IMG/VR virus record: IMGVR_UViG_3300013137_000023
Span: 1-56,925 of that record
Strand: one strand, 5' to 3'
Length of the DNA: 56,925 nucleotides
From: a virus
Taxonomy: Duplodnaviria > Caudoviricetes
In this document: piece after piece, positions 7,097 to 17,020 of the stretch
How positions within the stretch are numbered: position 1 is the stretch's first letter
Layout: each line of letters starts with the position of its first letter
Notes under the pieces: model-generated
What the model saw: only the letters and a program-made list of their open reading frames with translations
The model's database searches: none
What the model was told of the DNA's origin: nothing
Translations under genes and position numbers: made by a program

Positions 7097-7290
7097 TTCT
7101 TCAACCTCCCGTTTAAATCATAGTCACCGAGCTTTTTAATGTACTCGGCCCGGTCGTGAACAAACAGACAGATAATCCCGATACCGATTGCCGCACACAA
7201 TCCCATCTGCACCCACGCCCACCAGGGCATTGACATTAATTGGTTGAAATAGGATCGGATCATTTGGCCTCCTTTAAGAAATCCAAACAC
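7093..7290 (-). CDS. Small membrane protein
   Basis: One TM segment; AGGAGG SD before MIRSY. Confidence 0.55.
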   Translation of the reverse strand: MFGFLKGGQMIRSYFNQLMSMPWWAWVQMGLCAAIGIGIICLFVHDRAEYIKKLGDYDLNGRLKK

Positions 7291-7481
7291 TGATTGTGCC
7301 CCGGTTCTTCAAGAAACCATTCGCCAGTAGCCCTTTTCGATGGCAAGCATTTTCCATTCATCTCCAACTTTTTCCACGTTGTCTTGCCTTTATTAACTAA
7401 TGAGTTGGCCGTCACGTAACAAGAACCACACAATCCCCGACTGCGGACTTCCCTATCACAATTAGGTTTTAAACACTTCAT
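7260..7481 (-). CDS. Cys-rich hypothetical protein (MKCLKPNC...)
   Basis: C-x4-C...RGLCGSCY; SD before ATG 7481. Confidence 0.55.
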   Translation of the reverse strand: MKCLKPNCDREVRSRGLCGSCYVTANSLVNKGKTTWKKLEMNGKCLPSKRATGEWFLEEPGHNQCLDFLKEAK

Positions 7482-7695
7482 CTCTTCCCCCTTTCTTATT
7501 AAACCGACCGAATACCGGCAGCATGGGACTGGCCCATTCTTCCAATTTTTGAACTTTAGCCGCCAATTCCTCGGCCCTGGCTCTTTGAAAATCAGCCCTG
7601 GCAGACATCTCAAACAAACGCCTGGCGTATAAAAATCCGCAGGTAATAAACCCCGCGACCGCCCCGACAAAACATCCGACAATAAACCAGATCAT
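7462..7695 (-). CDS. Small membrane protein
   Basis: N-terminal TM helix; overlaps neighbours. Confidence 0.55.
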   Translation of the reverse strand: MIWFIVGCFVGAVAGFITCGFLYARRLFEMSARADFQRARAEELAAKVQKLEEWASPMLPVFGRFNKKGGRDEVFKT

Positions 7696-7907
7696 GTCTC
7701 CTCTGCCTTTCCCGGAAATATTAGATAGTCAACTTCTCCGGTAGGGTCCTCGACTCTATGGCCTGCGAAACATTCGTCCTTCTCTGGCCCGTCGCAGGGC
7801 ATTAAATCGTTTATTTCACACCCGCATTCAGCCCACGGACAGGATAGGCCGTCATACCCGTTTTTCTCCAGATACTCCCTGATCATTTCTTTGATTGTAG
7901 GTGCCAT
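7692..7907 (-). CDS. Hypothetical phage protein
   Basis: YLEKNGYDGL...CGCEINDLMPC pattern. Confidence 0.65.
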   Translation of the reverse strand: MAPTIKEMIREYLEKNGYDGLSCPWAECGCEINDLMPCDGPEKDECFAGHRVEDPTGEVDYLIFPGKAEET

Positions 7908-7910
7908 ATT

Positions 7911-8135
7911 TCACACCCCCTTCTGCCGTTTATTCCCGACCGGCGGCCTGGTCTTATCCAAGTCTTCCGGGAAAAGGTAAAACTTCTTCCCGTTATCAAA
8001 AACTATGCCAAGTTCGCCGATTTCGGTGATCTCAAAAACAACCCCGACCTCCCCGGCGACCTTTACTTTATCGTTGATTTTGTATTTTTTTGATTTCATG
8101 GCTACCGTTTTATCATAAGAATTTAGTGGAATCAA
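7911..8135 (-). CDS. Small SH3/KOW-like hypothetical protein
   Basis: KYKINDKVKV...GVV beta-rich pattern. Confidence 0.5.
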   Translation of the reverse strand: MIPLNSYDKTVAMKSKKYKINDKVKVAGEVGVVFEITEIGELGIVFDNGKKFYLFPEDLDKTRPPVGNKRQKGV

Positions 8136-8246
8136 GGCGGGTTAAAGCAGATTACGGGAGATTAGGGGAGATTATAAAATTCGGATATAATAAAATCAAT
8201 AGGTTATAAATTGTGAACTAATTAAATTAGCCTTTTTTAAACAATA

Positions 8247-8435
8247 TCAAACATCAATCCAATCAGTATCGGGCAATTCCCATGCGTCTATGCCCCATTT
8301 GGTCTTTAGGTCTTCAAGGTCCTTATCAATCTTATCCACGTCATCCAGATGCCTTGACCTCTCCATGAGTAAAAACATGGCAAAAATTCGGGCCTCTTTA
8401 ACGTCTCTAATGCAGCGTCTATTCTGTTTAGGCAT
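8247..8435 (-). CDS. Hypothetical protein (MPKQNRR...)
   Basis: GAGGTG SD before ATG at 8435. Confidence 0.6.
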   Translation of the reverse strand: MPKQNRRCIRDVKEARIFAMFLLMERSRHLDDVDKIDKDLEDLKTKWGIDAWELPDTDWIDV

Positions 8436-8569
8436 ATTCACCTCTATTTGTTTTTGACATAGGCCTGGAGCCGTCTCCCCGCATACCCTCGAAAAACAAA
8501 GGAAAAAATAAAACGTATGGGGAAGCAAAAAAGGTCTTTGATTCGTCGTCAAAGCAGAAAAGCATCACA

Positions 8570-8960
8570 CCTTTATCAGACCATCCGTATCGTGGATCAA
8601 GCGCCCGCCCTTGCCTTTCGGGTATGGCAAGGAACCCTAATACAATATGCGTCTAAGGTCTGTTTATCTTTTGGGGGTCGGCTCCTGTAACCCGGCTGAT
8701 GTTTTTCAAAACCAAATAGCCCATCTATCGAACCCTTTCGGGAACCAGGGAATATGCGCTAATTGAACCCTGATTTTTGGCAATAAAAAACCCGCTTGGG
8801 TCATAAGACCTAAGCGGGTCCAACAAAAAGGAGATAGCCCATCAATCGAACCCTTTCGGGAATCGAGGTTGAGCAGACCTCTCGATAGATGGCAATATTA
8901 TGATATTGTTTACTTTTTAGGTTGCTCATACCCTTAGCTATATCCTTTTATTTATTTATT
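8570..8960 (-). promoter_or_regulatory. Structured leader / candidate regulatory RNA
   Basis: Repeated ~29-nt motif, three CCCGAAAGG motifs, alternative pairings, internal terminator. Confidence 0.55.
8785..8819 (-). terminator. Intrinsic terminator
   Basis: ACCCGCTTAGGTC-TTAT-GACCCAAGCGGGT followed by TTTTT. Confidence 0.75.
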
Positions 8961-8966
8961 GTATTA

Positions 8967-8995
8967 ATCATACCACAAAAAAACACGGATGTCAA
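8967..8995 (-). promoter_or_regulatory. sigma70-type promoter with extended -10
   Basis: TTGACA-17 nt-TATGAT with TGn. Confidence 0.75.
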
Positions 8996-8997
8996 GG

Positions 8998-9837
8998 TTA
9001 AAGTATCCGTTTCTCAATATTCTTGATCTCCCCGTCCCGGACATGGATAATGGGGAAGCCAAGCATGTTAGGATTCAGGCCCATCCTTTCGGCATACCCG
9101 CTTGCCTCGGATGTTTCTTGATACAGTTTATAAAATGACCCGGTGTTGACGTAATATCTAAGGTCAGGGTGAATATAATCCCCGTTATCAGGTTGGGTGT
9201 ATTGTTGTTTCAGGTACTTTTCACCACAGAGATATAATTCAGGGGTCGGAGGTTTAACCAGGAGCTTGTGACTATGCCCCATCGCCATAACATTACAATG
9301 GCCGACCTTCAAAAATAACTGCCGCTTCAAAGACCTCAGCATGGAGTGTTCCCGTTCATCCGGGGCCGGGAGCTTGCTATCCACCGCCCCGAAACCATGC
9401 GCAACATAGAGGCGGTACTGAAGCTCATCCTTTGTGGTGTAAACCGATATGACGGCTGAATAAGACCCATAGGGAACGTCCAGACCGTCCGCAATGAATT
9501 TAGATACATTCCCGAACTTTGACAACTTGGCCTCATGGTTCCCCAATAACCAGGCTATGAATTTCTTACGGATGGGATAGAAGTCTTTAATACAATGGTT
9601 GGCTTGCTGAAGGGGAATAGGTTCTTCCAGGGTGTCGGGGTCATACCTCTTATCGTCAACAATTATGGCTTCAATCGCATCCCCCATGAATACCGCCCTG
9701 GTTTCGGTCTTGTTGGTCCCGATAAACTCAATGGCCTCGCCTATCCCGTCCTCATGTCTAAGGGTCGTACCGTAATGCGTATCACCCAACAAAACTAAAT
9801 CGTGGTCCGGTTTGGTTTGGATTTTGAAAAGTTGCAA
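8998..9837 (-). CDS. Calcineurin-like metallophosphoesterase
   Basis: GDTHYG, MGD, GNHE, HG and GHSH motifs. Confidence 0.85.
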   Translation of the reverse strand: MQLFKIQTKPDHDLVLLGDTHYGTTLRHEDGIGEAIEFIGTNKTETRAVFMGDAIEAIIVDDKRYDPDTLEEPIPLQQANHCIKDFYPIRKKFIAWLLGNHEAKLSKFGNVSKFIADGLDVPYGSYSAVISVYTTKDELQYRLYVAHGFGAVDSKLPAPDEREHSMLRSLKRQLFLKVGHCNVMAMGHSHKLLVKPPTPELYLCGEKYLKQQYTQPDNGDYIHPDLRYYVNTGSFYKLYQETSEASGYAERMGLNPNMLGFPIIHVRDGEIKNIEKRIL

Positions 9838-10108
9838 TTTCCCATTCCTTAAATTTTGGTTGAAGTAAATGATAACGGCAATTCAGGCAGGTTTTTAATC
9901 CGCTATCACAATCAGTAATTAACTCACCGCCGCACTTTATACACCGACCTGAATCAAATCTGTTTTTCACAGTTCCCGCACTATATTCAACATGCTTTTG
10001 ATGGTGATATTCACACCGGCCCGAAAATGGAGGGACTGCCGGTCTTGAGCAATGCTTGCATAATCCTTTTTCTAAATGTCTTAGCTTATACCTTTTTTGA
10101 CTGGTCAT
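9782..10108 (-). CDS. Cys-rich hypothetical protein
   Basis: Repeated GLCxxC / GRCxxC / CLNC. Confidence 0.6.
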   Translation of the reverse strand: MTSQKRYKLRHLEKGLCKHCSRPAVPPFSGRCEYHHQKHVEYSAGTVKNRFDSGRCIKCGGELITDCDSGLKTCLNCRYHLLQPKFKEWEIATFQNPNQTGPRFSFVG

Positions 10109-10439
10109 TTTGTTGACTGTTATCCATAAGTGCCGACCTTTTGTTCCTGGTCTTTTTAAACATAGCCAATAGCTGGGGATTGTCTATAAAAAGCTGTTGC
10201 ATGGCGCAAGCAAGGGACTGGATGACTTGATGGTTAAGATTGAGTTCAAGGCAGGAGTTTATGATTTCAAGGCTTTCATGCAATATTACATCCCGGCATT
10301 GGGACGGGGCATAGGTTGGCATATAACTGATTTTGTTTTGGCCTATGGCGGCCAGTCCCCCGGCCCCCTGGTGTTCCTCAAGATTCTCGTCTGCGATCAC
10401 TTCGTAAACGTGGCCCAAAATCTTCAGGTGGTCAATCAT
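10086..10439 (-). CDS. Zincin-like phage protein (degenerate HExxH)
   Basis: LKILGHVYEV...VILHESLE...DNP. Confidence 0.6.
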   Translation of the reverse strand: MIDHLKILGHVYEVIADENLEEHQGAGGLAAIGQNKISYMPTYAPSQCRDVILHESLEIINSCLELNLNHQVIQSLACAMQQLFIDNPQLLAMFKKTRNKRSALMDNSQQNDQSKKV

Positions 10440-10665
10440 GCTTTTCCCTCACTATCCGCAATCGTTCGGGGTCGTGTTTGTTTCCGTAACAGCCGAAATA
10501 ATCTAAGACCCACCATAACAGGGCTTCCGGTGCGTCCAGTTCATCGCCCTCCACATCATCTTCGATAACGTGCCTTACTATTAATTCTTTACCCTCATTA
10601 TCTTCTTCGGGATATTCAATAAGGAATCCGTTTTCGACTTTTTCGATTGAGCAGAACCATGACAT
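10432..10665 (-). CDS. Hypothetical acidic phage protein
   Basis: IEKVENGFLI; AGGAG SD. Confidence 0.65.
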   Translation of the reverse strand: MSWFCSIEKVENGFLIEYPEEDNEGKELIVRHVIEDDVEGDELDAPEALLWWVLDYFGCYGNKHDPERLRIVREKHD

Positions 10666-10841
10666 TTTAATAACTCCTTACTTTTGACAATGCACCAATT
10701 CCGGGTACTTTCGGGCCAAATATGGGTACAGGCAAGGCACTTCACCCTCTGGCCGGATAAGGCTTTGAGGCCCAACCAATCGCCGCATAATTTGCATATT
10801 ACCTCTGCATCCCCGTATGTTTTCGTCATCCATATAATCTC

Positions 10842-11258
10842 CTACCCCACCAGTACCGATTTGACCTTATTCCAAAAAGTAACGGTTTTAGTTACTGGCT
10901 GCGGATCTGAAACAGAACCGGCCTCAAAATGTCCAACATCCCAAGATATGACCGGGTTCCCTCCCCATTCTTCCCATATATCATGATACCGTTTAATAAT
11001 ATCTTTCGGCCATTTTTGGAGAAATACACCGTTTTCATCAAAAAGCAGGATGTCAGCCGCTTTCCCTACTTGATGAGCAGACCTCTTTGTATAGCCGTCC
11101 AGTTTTGAAGCCCCGGCCTTAAATAATCTGTTTTGTTCTTCGGCGGTTCTTTTTATATAATCCAAGGCGGGTCTAAGGGTGTGGAACCCCAATTTTCTTT
11201 CCTGCTCAATTAGGAGTATTAGGCGGGCGATCTTGAGGGTAAATTCCGACCGGCTCAT
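10842..11258 (-). CDS. Endolysin, M15-family (L-Ala-D-Glu) peptidase
   Basis: RTAEEQ...SAHQVGKAADI...WDVGHFE. Confidence 0.85.
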   Translation of the reverse strand: MSRSEFTLKIARLILLIEQERKLGFHTLRPALDYIKRTAEEQNRLFKAGASKLDGYTKRSAHQVGKAADILLFDENGVFLQKWPKDIIKRYHDIWEEWGGNPVISWDVGHFEAGSVSDPQPVTKTVTFWNKVKSVLVG

Positions 11259-11527
11259 TTGCGTTCAAGCCTTCCCTTATGTTCGTTGACGACCTCGGCC
11301 AATCGTTCAAGTCGGTTAAGGGTTTCGTCAATCCTGTGTTCCTGCCTGACATTGTCTACGCAAATAAAATCTATCTTGGTTTCCAGTTTAGCGACAGAAA
11401 TGTAACCACTAACGGCCCCGGCAATAGCGGCAATTATAAGCGCTTCAATAATCCGTGGAATGTTCGGCCTTGGGTTTCCCGACCCGGTTACTAAAAAGAA
11501 AGGAATGAAGTTTAAGATTTTATCCAT
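11255..11527 (-). CDS. Membrane protein with coiled coil (lysis-associated candidate)
   Basis: One TM plus coiled coil, next to endolysin. Confidence 0.55.
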   Translation of the reverse strand: MDKILNFIPFFLVTGSGNPRPNIPRIIEALIIAAIAGAVSGYISVAKLETKIDFICVDNVRQEHRIDETLNRLERLAEVVNEHKGRLERK

Positions 11528-11542
11528 TAACGTATCCTCGGC

Positions 11543-11746
11543 CTATGGTATGTTGGGAGGGTTAATTGCAGGGTCGGCAGGCTTGGTAAAAAATTGCCGA
11601 AGGATAAACAGCACCGGGCCACTGACCATCAGGATTTTAGAGGCCCATTCTGTCGGCAGAAGCCCTAAAACATTAGGATCTGTAATAATGCCCAAGCCTA
11701 ACAGGAGTAATGCCGTCCAGTTAATTTTACTCTTTACTGGATTCAT
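11543..11746 (-). CDS. Putative holin
   Basis: KSKINW + two TM helices + ILRQFFTKP. Confidence 0.6.
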   Translation of the reverse strand: MNPVKSKINWTALLLLGLGIITDPNVLGLLPTEWASKILMVSGPVLFILRQFFTKPADPAINPPNIP

Positions 11747-11750
11747 AATC

Positions 11751-12149
11751 TCACCCCCTCTTTATTTGTTTATGTTTTAATATCTCACGCAAAATAAACT
11801 CAAACAAATATGCCCCAGATTCATTTGGGTCTATTCTGCGGTCTGCAAGGATAGAGTAAACAGCATGATATATTTCATGGCATAACACCGATAGCTTATT
11901 CTTTGACCAGACAATATCAATTGTATACTCTTCGATTCCTACCTGAATATGTCCTCCGTCGGTTTTCTCATATAAGGCTAAATCAGAAAACAACCCATCA
12001 ATATTGGGAATGTGTTTTTTTATTATTTCCCTAAATTTTTCATGGCTCTCTGAAATCAACATCCAGATATTAGCCTTATGAACCGGGTCATAGATGAAAA
12101 CAATTCCATCTTTATCAACCCAAGAATTGGCTATTTCGTTTTTATCCAA
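11751..12149 (-). CDS. HExxH zincin-like phage protein
   Basis: LCHEIYHAV...ESGAYL. Confidence 0.65.
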   Translation of the reverse strand: MDKNEIANSWVDKDGIVFIYDPVHKANIWMLISESHEKFREIIKKHIPNIDGLFSDLALYEKTDGGHIQVGIEEYTIDIVWSKNKLSVLCHEIYHAVYSILADRRIDPNESGAYLFEFILREILKHKQIKRG

Positions 12150-12150
12150 T

Positions 12151-12333
12151 TCACCCCCTCTTTACTTTATTCCAAAACTTGCTTAGAAATTTCCAGTCTG
12201 TTTCTTTTTTGAATAATGTCACTTCCGTTACCCCATCCATGTCCTTATCCTTCTGGCGTTCCTCTTTGATAGTCGGATCGCCTTCATACTGAGGATGGGG
12301 TTTGTATTCAGGCTTTTTCCAGGTTATGTTCAT
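12151..12333 (-). CDS. Hypothetical protein
   Basis: Overlapping, co-oriented. Confidence 0.5.
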   Translation of the reverse strand: MNITWKKPEYKPHPQYEGDPTIKEERQKDKDMDGVTEVTLFKKETDWKFLSKFWNKVKRG

Positions 12334-12578
12334 TTCAATACTTCCATTTCGGTATTCGATTCTGGCGTATTCTCATGAGCTTCTTCACAATGATGAAAAT
12401 GCCCTTCAAATGGATGGGCTAAGAAGTTTACAACCTTCTCCATCCATGACCCATGCCAGTTTCGCCCCAACCTTGCACTTATCGTTTCCTCTGGTGATCC
12501 TCCAAGAAGGGAATTAACAGCAAGATCAAGCGTAAATAGCTGGTTAAAAACCCATTGACTGAATTTTGACTTAGCCAT
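12330..12578 (-). CDS. Conserved hypothetical phage protein
   Basis: LDLAVNSLLGGSPEETISARLG...HC pattern. Confidence 0.7.
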   Translation of the reverse strand: MAKSKFSQWVFNQLFTLDLAVNSLLGGSPEETISARLGRNWHGSWMEKVVNFLAHPFEGHFHHCEEAHENTPESNTEMEVLK

Positions 12579-12687
12579 TAATACTCACTCCCCGGGACAA
12601 TGTCCCCCAACTGCACCCGATCACCGAACCCGGCCAACCGAGCCCTGATCTCGGGAGCAATCCTAATTGCTTTCTCATAATCACCTC

Positions 12688-15168
12688 CTATGGAATCGTA
12701 ATATTTCCTGCGCCAGTCTGTAGTGCTATCCCAAGAGTTAAATCAAATACGGGCTCTACCCAATAATTAGAATTAGAGCCAGAGGCCACATTCGGGAAAG
12801 CGGCACTGTCCACATATCTATAATAGCCCTGACTGGCCGTAAGAAATGAACTGGTCATATCTCCCGGAAAATAACCACTGGTCCGGCTATAGTATCCTGC
12901 GGGCATGTAAACCGAGATATAATAATCCCTACCTGTATAAATTTGAATTGGGGTACTAAAGGCTTGTGTTTGCCAACCTGTTTCTCCCTCACCACTAAAA
13001 TTTACTGTGCCTAAAGAGGTTCCTGAGCTATCATAAACCGTGCAAGTGTGAGTACCAGTATTATTAGTAGTTTTGTAAAACCGGCAATCCGTCAATACCC
13101 CATGATGAGCCACGGAAAACTTGACCCCAAGATTGACCTCTCTGCCGTCCCCCTCCTCTGATCCAGGCGTAACGGTCGATGGGTTCCAAAATGTTAGATC
13201 AACATACCCACCCTCTCCTGTCGGAGCTGATTGAGTGCTGTTATTGGTTACTGATTCAGTCGTGAGCGTTCCAAGGTCATTGCCAGCACTATCCTCCACC
13301 CCATTCCCTGGATTAGTAAAACTCAAGGTCAAGGTCTCAGTTGAATAGATCACCCTGGAGGTTGTGTAAACCAGGACGGCACTGTATTCCCCTGAAGAAT
13401 AAGACACCGTTGCGGCTCCCTCCGTAGGGGCCACAGTGAAGCCTGTATTGCCCCCGGCTCCAAACTTAACCGCTTCAGACAGTGTAACGGTCAGGGTCCG
13501 GCCATCTTCGGCCAGAACAGCACCTGAGAATGTTGGAGCTATAACATCCGATTCCGATGCGGTTGTAAAATTAATCAGACTGCTGGAAGTGTTAGCATTG
13601 GATGATCCGTCAATACATCGGACATAATAGGTGAACGAATCAGAACAAGCCAATTCAGTTAGATTTTGCGAATGGCTAACTCCTCCGGTCGTGCTGAAGG
13701 TGTTGGGCAGGGAAGCGTAGGCAACATCCGAGGTTCCATATTTGCAAGTAGCGGCCTCGTTTGTGGTCAAGCTGATGGTCACGTTAGCTGTCGGTCCCGG
13801 ACTGCAAGCCTGTTGACCAGTAGGAGACAGATTAGATAATACGGGGGGGGTTGTGTCTGGCTCTCCTTCGTTGCGTAGTGGATGAGGATAGGTATAGGGC
13901 GTATAGGGATAATAGGCGTTTGCTCCGGAATCAGAGAAAGTCATCTTATTATCATTGTCCGGTGATCGAGTATATCTATTTCCGGCAGTTTCCCAAGGCG
14001 GCTTTCCCGGACTTACATACAGGGTTTGCTTGCCACCAGTTGCTTGGGGAGCGTGCATGAAATAATCACGGCCTTCTTGAAACCAGACATTAGTGGGTTC
14101 TCTAACTGGTGCTGGGTCTTCCACTTCATTAAATACATTATTCCAAATAAAAGTGTTATAAATTTGGTCCCAAGCAGGGTAATCACTTTCACTACGCTTT
14201 GTAACTATTGTGCTTCCGTCTTCAACCGATTCTTCCTCCCTGAATTTAATTCTTACCGTATTGGTTGATGTTATATTATTGTCGTGCATCAAAACAGACC
14301 CACCACGGAAAATAATATCTTGAAGAAAATTATGAGTAAATAAATTATTATAAATTTCACAGACAGGATGACCCCTCAAAACACCTGTCCTATTTAGGTC
14401 TCCTCCATTGCCATGAGTCATAATGGCATTATCCATTTGCTCCTGCCCAACGCAAAACTGAGACCCATCGAAGGTGTTATACCGAATTACAAAATTCCCG
14501 TCATGCCCGGATTCAATATGATTATTAGTATCAACACACCCCCCCATACCAGTATTGGTTCGTTTAAAGGTGTTCTCTTCCACATAGAGAGTTCCGGTCC
14601 CCATATCATTTCCGGCTAAAATAGGACGACCCCAAAAACCACCTTCCCCATCGCCCAATAGACTTATAGAAATATTACTATTTAGAAAGCAGTTACTATG
14701 TACCACACCCCGGATATATCCATTAATTTCAAGCTGCGGTTTTCCCCCATCAAAACGATTATGATCGATATGTAATTGTGAGTGAGTTCCGCTCACGGTA
14801 ACAGCATATCTATTATAAGAAGTAGGTCCTCCAAGATTAAACCGAAAACCACTTATTCTAATCTCCCCCGTAGTTGTGCCAGTAATGTTAAAAAATCCAT
14901 CATTTGAAGAAGTTGTCAGTGTTGTCCCAGTATTGGTACAGGGTGAGGATGTTGTGCTGTCAGCCCCGAATATGCTTATATTTTTAGATATGGTGATTCC
15001 GCCTGTCCAATAGCAACTTCCCGCAGGAACCAAAACAGTATCACCTTCCGAGGCCGCATCATAGGCTGTTTGGACATGGGCTAAGGAACAGGAATCGGCC
15101 ACATGGGTGTCGGCCCAGGCATAGGCCGGGAGGATAAGAAGGATCAAAGCGATCAGGAGTTTTTTCAT
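12688..15168 (-). CDS. Large spike/adhesin-like protein: signal peptide, beta-helix region, Ig/FN3-like, SwmB-like and DUF4082-like domains
   Basis: MKKLLIALILLILPAYAWA; IDHNRF/VIRYNTF/IYNNLF repeats; DTTPPVLS; VNLGVKF...GWQ...SNYWVEPVF. Confidence 0.75.
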   Translation of the reverse strand: MKKLLIALILLILPAYAWADTHVADSCSLAHVQTAYDAASEGDTVLVPAGSCYWTGGITISKNISIFGADSTTSSPCTNTGTTLTTSSNDGFFNITGTTTGEIRISGFRFNLGGPTSYNRYAVTVSGTHSQLHIDHNRFDGGKPQLEINGYIRGVVHSNCFLNSNISISLLGDGEGGFWGRPILAGNDMGTGTLYVEENTFKRTNTGMGGCVDTNNHIESGHDGNFVIRYNTFDGSQFCVGQEQMDNAIMTHGNGGDLNRTGVLRGHPVCEIYNNLFTHNFLQDIIFRGGSVLMHDNNITSTNTVRIKFREEESVEDGSTIVTKRSESDYPAWDQIYNTFIWNNVFNEVEDPAPVREPTNVWFQEGRDYFMHAPQATGGKQTLYVSPGKPPWETAGNRYTRSPDNDNKMTFSDSGANAYYPYTPYTYPHPLRNEGEPDTTPPVLSNLSPTGQQACSPGPTANVTISLTTNEAATCKYGTSDVAYASLPNTFSTTGGVSHSQNLTELACSDSFTYYVRCIDGSSNANTSSSLINFTTASESDVIAPTFSGAVLAEDGRTLTVTLSEAVKFGAGGNTGFTVAPTEGAATVSYSSGEYSAVLVYTTSRVIYSTETLTLSFTNPGNGVEDSAGNDLGTLTTESVTNNSTQSAPTGEGGYVDLTFWNPSTVTPGSEEGDGREVNLGVKFSVAHHGVLTDCRFYKTTNNTGTHTCTVYDSSGTSLGTVNFSGEGETGWQTQAFSTPIQIYTGRDYYISVYMPAGYYSRTSGYFPGDMTSSFLTASQGYYRYVDSAAFPNVASGSNSNYWVEPVFDLTLGIALQTGAGNITIP

Positions 15169-15776
15169 TTTATCACATAGATATAAAAAATACAATCATT
15201 TGACTCAATATGCCAACTGGTATCATAATAGCCGCTATTTCCGCTATGAGAGCAGCTCGTTTCTCTTCGCCCAAGCAGCACTACATTATCCCAATCCCCG
15301 CCAGTATAATAAAGGGTAACTACATAATAAGTGTCAGAAGATAATGTGATCCTATCATCTCCGGTAAAATCAAATGTTATTAGTGCTGGACTGGTTGTTA
15401 ATCCAGATACGTCAAATGTATCTGATGTAGCCAACGGTGATCCTGTTGGCACACTACTTGACCCATAAGTCCCGGAATGGGCAAATAACCTGGCTACAGC
15501 ATTGCCCGTAGGACTGCCAATTTTAGACAGATAAAATTTTACAGAATCAAGTGTTCCTCCGCCAGAAGTGAACGACTGATACGATTCCGGACCATATGAA
15601 TTAACCCACGCTTCTTTATCAGACTCATAATTAGATTCTGGATAATAATCATCAATAACAAGACCCCCTGATCCTCCCCCCGCCATATAAGGATTCATTT
15701 TGGCTATTTCCTGCCCCTGAGCCAACAAGGCAAAAGCTAAAACGAGCATAAAAGAAAGCGCAAATCTTTTAAACAT
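15165..15776 (-). CDS. Signal-peptide-bearing fibre/adhesin-tip-like protein
   Basis: Signal-like N-terminus; QSFT...LDSVKFYLSKIGSPTG...PTGSPLATS. Confidence 0.7.
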   Translation of the reverse strand: MFKRFALSFMLVLAFALLAQGQEIAKMNPYMAGGGSGGLVIDDYYPESNYESDKEAWVNSYGPESYQSFTSGGGTLDSVKFYLSKIGSPTGNAVARLFAHSGTYGSSSVPTGSPLATSDTFDVSGLTTSPALITFDFTGDDRITLSSDTYYVVTLYYTGGDWDNVVLLGRRETSCSHSGNSGYYDTSWHIESNDCIFYIYVIK

Positions 15777-15784
15777 AGAACCTC

Positions 15785-17020
15785 CTAATAGGTACTGTCC
15801 AACATAATCTTGGCTTTATATTTAATCTCAATGCCCGCTACGGCAATTCCCTGACCATAGGTATCATCCACGTCACGGAATAATTTCAGCATGGCTGATT
15901 CCCCTGCCAATATGTTTGTGACCGTTATTTCCGATGACCAAGAACTTGACCAACGATCATGTTGGGCATAGGTCGCATCAGCAGTGAACGTACTATTCAC
16001 CCCGGTTCCAAGGGTACAACCTCCGTCATCAGAGGCCCCAACCGAACACCCTGCCAGGTTGAAAATAATGGTCTCAGTATTAGCCGGGGCCGTGGCATTA
16101 TCGACAAAACCAATAACCCTGAATTTAATCCCACCAACATAATCATCGGGGACTATCCAGTGAATTTCCACGTCTTTATCGGCATCAGCGGCAAAAACCC
16201 TAACCCTGCTTTTACGTGTGTCTGCCCAAATAGTAGCAGTTGCCGGAGCAGCGGCCCCATCTTCTGCATAAGCAATCGGAATATACTCAGTTTTTACAAT
16301 GGTTGTGTAACCAGTGCCGCCCTCAATTATTGTAGAGGCATTATCCGACAATGTCTTAACTCTGGCCGTAGAACCACCAGTATTCAATCTAATGGCCGCT
16401 GAACCATAGGTAACAGAATCACCGGTAGTCGGATCGGGAAAATAAAGAGTTTTGTCATCGGTGTGTAAAAACGAGGTTGTCAGGGTTTTGCCATTCGTTG
16501 ATCCAGATAGTAAAACCTTCAGGTAGCCCTTGCTTGCCGTAGCAGAGATAAATTGTGCGGCTGCATCGTCTAACTGGAAACTGGTATAAAAACCAAGGGT
16601 TCCGCTATTGTTTACCCCAAAAAAGCTGTTATTGGCACCTTTGGTGATAACCGTAGCGGCCCCGGCCCCTGATCCTACCAAAACATCCCCGGCGGCTACG
16701 ATAGTTGAGGCCAGTAAATAAGTAGTTGGGGCTGTATTACAGACAATACCTGTCCCAGTAACAAAGGTACACAGATAGGTGTTGGTCAAGGTTCCAACAT
16801 TCTGAGCCGAAGCAGTTCCAAGTGACTCAAATTTATCTCTAACAGCATCCTTACATGGAGAGTAAGAACTATCCCCGTTCCAAGCCGTGGCATCATAGGC
16901 ATCATTATTACAAGCTGATCCCCCCCCACTACCACCAGACAACCCATCATTCGCTAACTGAGCATTAGATAAAGTCGCTATAAACAAAAGGCCAACAATG
17001 AATATAAATATCTTTTTCAT
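15785..17020 (-). CDS. Signal-peptide-bearing fibre-like structural protein
   Basis: Signal-like N-terminus; AAGDVLVGSGAG fibre repeat; G/T/A-rich. Confidence 0.7.
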   Translation of the reverse strand: MKKIFIFIVGLLFIATLSNAQLANDGLSGGSGGGSACNNDAYDATAWNGDSSYSPCKDAVRDKFESLGTASAQNVGTLTNTYLCTFVTGTGIVCNTAPTTYLLASTIVAAGDVLVGSGAGAATVITKGANNSFFGVNNSGTLGFYTSFQLDDAAAQFISATASKGYLKVLLSGSTNGKTLTTSFLHTDDKTLYFPDPTTGDSVTYGSAAIRLNTGGSTARVKTLSDNASTIIEGGTGYTTIVKTEYIPIAYAEDGAAAPATATIWADTRKSRVRVFAADADKDVEIHWIVPDDYVGGIKFRVIGFVDNATAPANTETIIFNLAGCSVGASDDGGCTLGTGVNSTFTADATYAQHDRWSSSWSSEITVTNILAGESAMLKLFRDVDDTYGQGIAVAGIEIKYKAKIMLDSTY

